27,370 nt of DNA from Candidatus Poribacteria bacterium (GTDB lineage Bacteria; Poribacteria; WGA-4E; UBA9662): NCBI GenBank assembly GCA_046582655.1, contig JAYGDX010000179.1, positions 1 to 27,370 on the forward strand, written 5' to 3'. The position numbers were made by a program, and so were the translations under genes. Each line of letters starts with the position of its first letter. The first letter of the stretch is position 1. Below are positions 1-7,672 of this stretch, piece after piece. The notes under the pieces are model-generated. The model did no database searches. It was not told the DNA's origin and saw only the letters and a program-made list of their open reading frames with translations.

Positions 1-199
1 CTATCAGGACGAATTATAAGCACCGACTGGTACGTTAGAATAATATGCCGTTTCTGATTAGATCTAAGAGTTGTAGTTGCTGGAATGCCTGTTTTTTTTA
101 TTCTATTTAGGTTTTTAGTATTGTGTAGGTTCAGTATAATATTATATGTTCTTAATTAGAAAGTTAATCATCTATTCTTAAGATAGGAGGAAAACATTG

Positions 200-991
200 A
201 TGAACTCAAGGACTTTGATCTTGATTGTGTTCAGTCTTTTCTTGTGCATCGTTTGGCAGACTTCAGGTCTGTGTGCCATAGAAAACTTAGTTGCCGCTTG
301 GAATTTCGATCAAGGAAATGGAAACACTGTTAAGGATATTTCAGGCAATGGTCACAATGGTTCTATTTCAGGAGCTAAGTGGGTTCAAGGCAAGTTTGGC
401 AAAGCATTAAAATTCAATGGGGATGGAGATCAGGTACTCGTTCCCCACAGTGATGAACTTAATCTTCAAAAAGAGTTAACAGTTGAAGCTTGGGTATACC
501 CCACCGGGTGGAATCCGGACTTAAACGCTATCGCTCAGAAGTGGGAGGATGGGAGTAACCGAAGACAATATCAATTGACGGTCTATAAGGAAAAGAATTG
601 GTGGTATGCTACCTGTTGCGGTGATAAATGGATACCGCGCGCAGAAGGACAAATCAACGTCAAGCTCGATAAATGGGTCCATCTAGCAGGAACCTATGAT
701 GGCAAGAAACTTCGTAACTACACCGACGGAAAATTAGATATTGAAACTGTAGACATGACGTCAGGTTTATTTGCTTCTGACGTTCCAGTGGTAGTTGGCG
801 GTTATGGTCCGAAAACCAAGGAAGTAACTTATGGCCAGAACCGTCATTTCATAGGGATTATTGACGAGGTCAGGATTTGGGGAAAAGCCTTGAGCGAAAA
901 GGAAATTAGAGATGGTATGAAAGGCCCAATTGCCTCTGTAAAAATCAAGGGGAAATTACCAGTAGTTTGGGGTGGTATAAAATATCGCTAA
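200..991 (+). CDS. Secreted LamG-like jellyroll (concanavalin A-like) domain protein with conserved C-terminal tail
   Basis: GGAGG RBS at 186-190 before ATG 200 (TTG 197 is an alternative start). Hydrophobic signal peptide. LamG motifs WNFDQGNG, GKFGKALKFNG, TVEAWV, WVHLAGTYDG and FIGIIDEVRIW. C-terminus SVKIKGKLPVVWGGIKYR. Confidence 0.9.
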   Translation: MNSRTLILIVFSLFLCIVWQTSGLCAIENLVAAWNFDQGNGNTVKDISGNGHNGSISGAKWVQGKFGKALKFNGDGDQVLVPHSDELNLQKELTVEAWVYPTGWNPDLNAIAQKWEDGSNRRQYQLTVYKEKNWWYATCCGDKWIPRAEGQINVKLDKWVHLAGTYDGKKLRNYTDGKLDIETVDMTSGLFASDVPVVVGGYGPKTKEVTYGQNRHFIGIIDEVRIWGKALSEKEIRDGMKGPIASVKIKGKLPVVWGGIKYR

Positions 992-992
992 T

Positions 993-1055
993 AGAAAGGT
1001 TTCCGTCATGACCAATATAATCCTGACTTTGGTCAAGTCCTTTCTGTATTTTTTT
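993..1055 (+). terminator. Possible intrinsic terminator between convergent genes
   Basis: Nested inverted repeats AGAAAGG(993-999)/CCTTTCT(1039-1045) and TGACCAA(1009-1015)/TTGGTCA(1029-1035), followed by T7 at 1049-1055, directly after the LamG stop. The hairpin is bulged and atypically long. Confidence 0.35.
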
Positions 1056-1089
1056 ATAAAGTTGTGGCCCTTACATTGAATATTCTTGC

Positions 1090-1792
1090 TTACGATACAG
1101 TGACACGATGTTGATTTAGTTCCTTCAATAATCGAGGCATTCTTTGAAACGTTTCTGGGTGTACTGGTGGCCATCCCCCCACAGCATGATTCAACCAGAA
1201 CGGTATATAAGCGAGATTGAGTCCCATACGATGCTGATCTAACGTCGTTTTAGCGCCGGAAGCATGCCACAAAGCACCATGTCACAACAAGACCTGAACC
1301 GCGACGACCAACAATAGGGATCAAGCATTTATCCGTTGGGCTGATGCTTGGATTGCATCTTAACCGGTGACTGAAAGGTACTACCAGAGTTGAACCATTG
1401 TTCTCGGTAAAGTCAGTTAGCATCCACATTGTTTGGAACAACCACATGTTAGATGGAAATGGTTCAGATAGACCTAGGGCATCCGCGTGAACGTTACCAG
1501 CTTCCGTATCTGGCAGCACCCATTTCGAGCAAGCCTCAGCGAAGCGCATATTCTGACCTAAGTAGTGATAGGCGAGTTCGAGAATTTGCGGTTGGAGAAT
1601 CCACGGCCAGCACATTTGGTCATAATTGAGCAATCCCTGCAGTGATTGATAACTCCGTTGATCAGGAAAATGTTGCTTGTGTAGCTTAAAATAGCGATCT
1701 GCCATGTGGTCAGCTTCCTTGATTGGCATGATGTCCTCAACGATGCAGTAGCCAGCATTATCCAAATTTGCTTTTATTTTCTCTGTATCCAA
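1090..1792 (-). pseudogene. Phytanoyl-CoA dioxygenase (PhyH) family Fe(II)/2OG dioxygenase, frameshifted and with a nonsense codon
   Basis: ORF 1250-1792 has GYCIVEDIM, H-A-D and WMLTDFTENNGSTLVVPFSH. ORF 1090-1272 carries the distal His (WHASG..T..R). The junction reads GRRGS[+G ~1293]VLL*HGALWH, with TGA at 1282-1284 (likely from TGG). Confidence 0.8.
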
Positions 1793-1864
1793 AAGTTGAG
1801 TTCTCCTGTAAATCTAATTGGCAGAAATTCACAAATTACGACAACCCTAACTTTTAATCGAAGA

Positions 1865-2905
1865 TTACGGTAAAACTAATACTTTGATTGAACCATGCTC
1901 TTGACGTTTTGCTGCAACTTCAAAAGCCTGACAAATCTCACTGAGGGGGAAACGATGGGTAATCAATGGCATGGGATTAAGCTTACCGGTTGAAAGTAAA
2001 TCTATCGCCACTTGGAATTCTTTTTGGCCATCTCGTCGCCCATAACAGAAAGCCCATGATACAGTCAGTTCACGGCTTCGCGCCGAATGGTCGCTAAAGG
2101 TGATTGGAGATGTGTGGCCACCGACGATACAAATACGGCCTCTTTTGGCTGCTATCTCCGTTGCTTGCTGTAAGGTATTTGATTGTCCGCCCACAGCTTC
2201 AAAAACGACGTTGGCGCCCCTATCCCCACTCCAGCATTTTACGGCTTCGACAGGATCTGACGTGTCAACGTTGACAACTGTACAACCCATCAAATTTTGG
2301 CTGATCCGCAACGGTTGATCTGGCTTCCCCAGTACAATGATAGATCTAGCACCTGCCAAATCTGCCATTTGGGCAATGGTCAATCCCACTGGCCCACTAC
2401 CGATAACTGCCACCAGATCCCCTGGCTGTACCGGAGCTCGCGCAAGTGCGTGCACAGCAACAGCGTAGACTTCCGTCAAGGCGCCAGCTTCAAAAGTAAC
2501 GTTATCCGGCAAAAGATAGGTATTTCCAGCCGGAGCAACCATATATTCGCCAAAGCCTCCACCACTATTACTTCCACCGAGATGCCTGAGTTTGCTACAA
2601 ATATTGTAGTTTCCATTCAAGCATTCTGGACAATCACCACATGGAATGGTCGGTTCTACAACTACACGATCGCCAACCTGAAATTGTGTTACGTCTTCTG
2701 ATGTTGCCGATACCACGCCCACCAATTCATGCCCGCCTCTGTGTGGCGGACTAGGTTTGACCGGAGTAGCATGATATCCATGCAGATCACTGCCGCAAAT
2801 ACCAGCGGCATGAACCCTAACTTGTACTTGTCTTGGTTCCGGATCGGGTTTAGAGACTGTTTCAATGCGTATATCCTTACCACCATAAAAGAGTGCTGCC
2901 TTCAA
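1865..2905 (-). CDS. Zn-dependent alcohol/sugar dehydrogenase (MDR; sorbitol/threonine dehydrogenase-like)
   Basis: GICGSDLH, GHE, structural-Zn CGDCPECLNGNYNIC and GSGPVG motifs. Likely TTG start at 2905 with GGAG 7 nt upstream (the ORF track starts at 2923). Confidence 0.92.
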   Translation of the reverse strand: MKAALFYGGKDIRIETVSKPDPEPRQVQVRVHAAGICGSDLHGYHATPVKPSPPHRGGHELVGVVSATSEDVTQFQVGDRVVVEPTIPCGDCPECLNGNYNICSKLRHLGGSNSGGGFGEYMVAPAGNTYLLPDNVTFEAGALTEVYAVAVHALARAPVQPGDLVAVIGSGPVGLTIAQMADLAGARSIIVLGKPDQPLRISQNLMGCTVVNVDTSDPVEAVKCWSGDRGANVVFEAVGGQSNTLQQATEIAAKRGRICIVGGHTSPITFSDHSARSRELTVSWAFCYGRRDGQKEFQVAIDLLSTGKLNPMPLITHRFPLSEICQAFEVAAKRQEHGSIKVLVLP

Positions 2906-2959
2906 TTTTATGCTCCATATCAAATTCTCTATCTTGTATAATATGTTTTACTATGACTA

Positions 2960-3246
2960 GCCAAGGCCGCGCCTTCCAGCACCATGGGAATTCCTGGCTT
3001 TTGGTAGCGACTGCGAAATTCTGCTAGAGAGAGATTTTTCACCCGCTCGACCGGGCCGTCTCGCAAGCGGTTCTTCGGATTGGAGCCTGGCGTACATCCG
3101 TTCGAGAAGTTGACGACGCCGTACTTCACGCGACTTCACCCAACGGTTCAAACGGTCCGTTCCCAACAGATGCTGGGCCACCTGATCGAATCCGTATCGC
3201 ACCCGCTCTCGCCAAGGGAAACATTTCTTTGGTTTGACGTTTCCAC
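2960..3246 (-). pseudogene. N-terminal remnant of a JmjC/cupin-like (Cupin_8) protein
   Basis: Pieces in different frames join as ...RERVRYGFDQVAQHLLG...EEPLARR / PVERVKNLSLAEFRSRYQKPGIPMVLEGAA, the typical start of JmjC cupin-like domains. The sequence then runs into AT-rich DNA at ~2960. Confidence 0.6.
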
Positions 3247-3257
3247 GCACGGTTCGT

Positions 3258-4559
3258 TTAACTCCATAGTTCCACGATTGCCTTTTTGACAATCGCCTCA
3301 CAACCCACCGCCGGCGAGCCCAGGCTCGGCGACATTGTCTCATGACCCGACCAGCTCGGCAGAGAACCCGCCTCATAACCGCCCTTCGGTCCCAGCGCCA
3401 AGGCTTCATCATCCCCCAGGTAAGCCCGACCACCATTTGTCAACGAGTTGACCATCGTCCAACGAAAGGGGGCTACTTTTGCGACCCACAGTTCAATCTG
3501 TGCAAATAGTTCATAATTCAGTCCCACCAAGCACCACTCTTCTCCAATCATCACACCATGCACTTCGAATCTCCGTGAAGGTGGAGTGCCGCCACGCAAC
3601 AGTATCGTTTTAATCTTACCGAGTTGTTTGAGTCGCCGTGCGTCCCCCCGATTATCTCGGAGCAATGACTCGACGAGTTCTAGAGGCGGTAGGGGACGCG
3701 TCGACAATTCCGTCACGACCGTTTTCAGTTTCAGTTTCGTTGACTTGAGAACATTGCTTTGTTCCATCGCTTGCAATACCGCTTCGCCCAGCTTGTGACC
3801 CACCGCATCGGCATCGGCATGCGTGCTCCGTAGCGGAAAGCTGTTGATATCCCCGTTGCAACCTTGTCCGAACAACGCAATGACATCGTCACCCAGATGT
3901 TTACGAATCCGCCTCACTGCCGCCCCAGGAAAGTCAGCGCTAACCAAATTGGAACCATGCGGAACCGTGACCGGATGCGCCGCATGCTCAAAATAAATGG
4001 CAATCGGTTTTCCCGTATCGCGGGCATGCGCGGACAACACATTGACCCAGGGAACGATCGGTCCGTCGCGATTGACGCCCATATAGATCGAACCGTCTGC
4101 CGCCGCGAGACGACGGTTAAATCCGACTTGCGCCGCAGCCCAGCCCGCGCGCAGATCGACCGGAACCATGTGGCGCTGGGCCTCGGCCACGATCTCGTCG
4201 ATGGCCTGATGCACGCCGTTATTCCATTGAAGTTCCTCTGGCCGCTCCGCGATCGGCCCCTTCTCCGTCAGTTCGTCCCATTCCAGTTCGTCTGTGTAGA
4301 GACGTCCAGGCGTTGGAGTCGAGACCAACCAGCGCCCGGAATGCGTATGGCTGGCGCTAAACCACACTTCATCGACACCCGTCTTCTCTCGGACGCGCGT
4401 CCGGATTTCGTCGCAACAGACAAAACCGGCACCGAGAAAATCGCCGGTCACCAGCGCCACGGACTTGCCTGTTGCGTCGGCAATCACCAGCGCTCGCACA
4501 AAGAGAGGATCGTGAACGCCGACATTATTTCGGTAAAAATGGAGAATCTCCATTCCCAC
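3258..4559 (-). CDS. Neutral/alkaline ceramidase N-terminal domain-like amidohydrolase, paralog 1 (Tat signal disconnected by an upstream stop)
   Basis: Motifs HDPLFVRALV, SASHTHSG, HAAHP, SADFPG, QGCNGDIN and GGYEA. The frame continues upstream through SAGAAQRDVTP to GTG 4724 but contains TGA at 4695-4697. Confidence 0.8.
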   Translation of the reverse strand: MGMEILHFYRNNVGVHDPLFVRALVIADATGKSVALVTGDFLGAGFVCCDEIRTRVREKTGVDEVWFSASHTHSGRWLVSTPTPGRLYTDELEWDELTEKGPIAERPEELQWNNGVHQAIDEIVAEAQRHMVPVDLRAGWAAAQVGFNRRLAAADGSIYMGVNRDGPIVPWVNVLSAHARDTGKPIAIYFEHAAHPVTVPHGSNLVSADFPGAAVRRIRKHLGDDVIALFGQGCNGDINSFPLRSTHADADAVGHKLGEAVLQAMEQSNVLKSTKLKLKTVVTELSTRPLPPLELVESLLRDNRGDARRLKQLGKIKTILLRGGTPPSRRFEVHGVMIGEEWCLVGLNYELFAQIELWVAKVAPFRWTMVNSLTNGGRAYLGDDEALALGPKGGYEAGSLPSWSGHETMSPSLGSPAVGCEAIVKKAIVELWS

Positions 4560-4845
4560 AGGTGGGGTGACGTCTCGCTGAGCTGCCCCGGCCGAGAAAC
4601 TCGGCTGAGGCCGAGTTGAAGATAGCGACTTAGCAGGATTCGCTGAGACAAGTCCAGTGGCACTGACGAGGCTACCAGACTGTTTTAAGAAACGTCAGCG
4701 CGGAGTATCGCAAAAGTTATTCACGCATCGGCTCCCAAAGCAATGGTTGTGTCCATGAGTTGTCTCAGAGGGGTTAACGGTGATTCACCTTGGCGAGACC
4801 TGAAGATCTGGGTCACACCTTAGCCGGCAAAACGGTCCCTGCTAG

Positions 4846-6215
4846 TTATGGTATTTCGTGATCCGCAGACACAGCCCAAAGAGATGCAATGGCCTTTTTG
4901 ATCTGGCTTTCGATTCCGACGGCATAACTACTGTACACACCGCCCACACGCACACCGTGGAAAAATCCAGGAAAGGAACCGGCTTCCATACATTCGGTCT
5001 CGGCCACCAAGGCCGCTTTGATCCCCAGGGCCAGTGCTCGATCTGTCGGAATGTAGCCGATATAGGCGTTGTCCGTGGCCCCACGACTGCGTTGGTAAAA
5101 CCGAATACCATTGTCTGTTCGAAAGGCGCCAGAGCGTTAATCCAGAGTTCGTATTCCGTGAACGCTTCTCCTGCCATCGCCACCAAACACCACTCCGATC
5201 CCAACATCACGGCATTGATCTCCATGGGCATTTGGGGCACTGCTTCCCTCTCCATTAGTTCCCTCAGAGCCAACATGGTGGCGCGTGTAGCGTCATCATT
5301 GGCCCACCCCTCGCGCGGGCGGTTCTTCGCCTCCCACAACAATGCGTTCCATCATTTTCTCCCAGCGCTGTACGGTCCGGTAGATGGAGGTTCAACATAA
5401 TCGTTTTCGTCCGCAAAGAGATCGCCTTCGCCCTGATAGGAGTTGTTGACTTCAAAGCGACCAGTACGGCCTCTCCCAACTCATTTCCGACGGCTTCCGC
5501 ATGCGCATGTCCACCCGCGACATGATCGGCGTTGATATTACCGCTGCAACCCTGAGCGAACATGGTAATAACATTCTCACCGAGCGCCGCGTTCACGCGG
5601 CGGACAGCATATCCTGGATAATCGGCGCTGACACCGGGATGTGTCATCGCAATCATCGGATGCGCCGGATGCTCAAAGAGGACGGCGAGCGGTTTTTCCG
5701 ACTTTTTACGCACCTCGAGGACATTCACCCAAGGGACGACTTCCTGCGTAAAGGCATCACCATAGCGATTATGGGCAATCTTCACTGGCGCACGGCCACG
5801 ATGCAAGGAAACCGGGACCTGGTTGGCCACGGCCTCTTCTGCCGCCTCAAAGATTAATTTACCAACACGGACCCTCCACTCCGGTGTCGATCCCACACCT
5901 CGGCCGTTGGAATGCGTATGAGAACAATTTACCAGCACACGGGACACCCCAAGTTCTTCCTGAATCTTTTCGCGAACCTCCGCAAACTATGGGGCGATCA
6001 TGTCGAGGCAAATAATCGCTACCGACTCGTCACCATCATCCAGCAGCAACACACGTGCAAAGAGAGGATCGTGGACCAGCGGATCTCCCATAAGTTCCGG
6101 TACTGTCACATCGCGACGGCTCGCCAGGGCTGAAACTGCCAACACTGCTAAGCAAAAGTAGACTCAGGACCACAGACACTCGCCTGGTCCCAGGCTTAGT
6201 TTTTCTCGTCACCAT
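4846..6215 (-). pseudogene. Ceramidase-like amidohydrolase, paralog 2 (multiply disrupted)
   Basis: Reconstructed: signal peptide, SRRDVTVPELMGDPLVHDPLFARVLL, IAP*FAEVR (TAG 5987-5989), CSHTHS, EHPAHP, ADYPG, QGCSGNIN, YIPTDRALALG, MEAG, IASLW, TAA 4846. Frameshifts near 6130-6165, 5378, 5310 and 5070. Confidence 0.85.
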
Positions 6216-6324
6216 CTCTATCCCCCACGCATCTCGCATTAATTCAGATCGCTGTCATTCCTATTCGTCGCAGCGCGCGTGACTTTCACGAAACCGCACG
6301 ACGCTGCGCAGAACTCCCGCGGCC

Positions 6325-7670
6325 TCACCGCACAACCTCTGCACGGCTCCAAAGCGATTCAATCGTCTCCTTAATCACAACCTCAATGCCAACCGCATAG
6401 GGCAGGCGGACATCTGGATGCGTGGTGGGACTGTGCACTCGCAAAGCATCCCGACAGCTACGCTCGGCATGCTCTGGATGCTGAATCGACAAAGCCAGTG
6501 CTCGGTCGGTGAGGACATACGAAACATAATGTTTTTCCTGGGGATTGGCCACATTGTTCGTGAAGGCGAAAACCATATTGTGATCAAACGGGCCTAGCGC
6601 GTTAATCCACAATTCATATTCAGTGAACACCTCACCGGCCATGGCCACCAAGCACCATTGCGAAGACAGCATCACCGTATTGATTTCCATCGCAAGACCT
6701 GGCTGCTCGCCACGATCGAGGATCTCTTTTACGCTTCGCCAAGCTTCTTTGGCGGCTTCATTAGGAGGATCTGCTTGCTGCAGGCCGCAACCATTCTTCG
6801 GTCCAGGCTTCCCGGGTTGGTACACGCAGCGGAAGCATAATCGTCTGGGATCCTGTGGTAAACTTGGTCGCCGTAATCTCCGTCGCTTCTCGCATTGCGG
6901 TAAGTACGGCTTCCCCCAGTTTCGTCCCCTCTTTTTTCGCATTTGCATACCACCCGCTTCTGGACGCTAAACCCTACCGGCTCGGCGTTTGTATTTCCAG
7001 CGCAGCCCTGACAAACATCGCGACCACCTCATCGCCTAGCGCTTCCTGCAGGCGCTGCACCGCGTATCCCGGAAAATCTGCAGTTAGCCCTTCTGGTGCT
7101 TCCAGGGTAAACACAGGATGGGCGGGATGCTCGAACAGGACCGCAACTTTACCTCCATCCTTTCGACGCGCTTCGAGAACGTTGACCCAGGGGACAATAT
7201 CCTGACTAAAGGCATCGCCATATCGATTTTTACCCACTACCACCGGTGCTCGCCCCACATGCAGCGAAACAGGCACGCGTTTTTCGTAGGCTTCCGCAAC
7301 GGCCTCATAAATCAGCTTGCCAGCCGCTTGTCTCCAGCGTTCGTTGTAGCCCCGCCGATTATCCTAATGTGTGTGGGAACAGTTGACCAACACCCGCGCC
7401 ATGCCGAAATCTCGGACAAGTTTTTCTCGGACCTCGGGAAACCACGGACTCACCATGTCAAGGCAGATAATAGTCACCGCAGTCTCGCCGTTATCTAACA
7501 CCAAGACTCGCGCAAAGAGGGGGATCATGCACCGCGGGATTACCGAGTAGCTCTGGAATCGTCACATCGCGCCGGCTGGCCCCAGCTTTCATTGCCCATA
7601 CCGACTCGTTACTGCCGAAGGAAATGCTCACAACAAGGATCGCTAAGAGATGTCGCGGCTTGACAGGCAT
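6325..7670 (-). pseudogene. Ceramidase-like amidohydrolase, paralog 3 (multiply disrupted)
   Basis: ATG 7670 gives MPVKPRHLLAILVVSISFG..AMKAGASRRDVT. Extra C in a C5 run at HDP (~7520). CSHTH* has TAG at 7364-7366 where the paralogs have Ser. EHPAHP and ADFPG are present. Further frameshifts near 7010, 6960 and 6790. C-terminus IESLW. Confidence 0.85.
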
Positions 7671-7672
7671 TA

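Noticed and set aside
2957..3436. Arg-rich 159-aa ORF as a real gene
   Set aside because: Its first part overlaps the ceramidase-like gene out of frame. Only the central part belongs to the frameshifted cupin remnant.
3864..4619. 251-aa plus-strand ORF (also 4858-5400, 9334-10086 and similar)
   Set aside because: These are antisense shadows of recognisable minus-strand genes in GC-rich DNA, with no motifs of their own.
6269..6308. GC-rich hairpin (CGCAGCG/CGCTGCG with inner CGTGA/TCACG) between ceramidase-like paralogs as a REP element or ncRNA
   Set aside because: Short stems, single copy, and expected by chance at this GC content.
3258..7670. Diversity-generating retroelement or cassette-switching among the three paralogs
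   Set aside because: The paralogs are diverged throughout, with no near-identical template/variable repeat pair and no reverse transcriptase or recombinase in the window.
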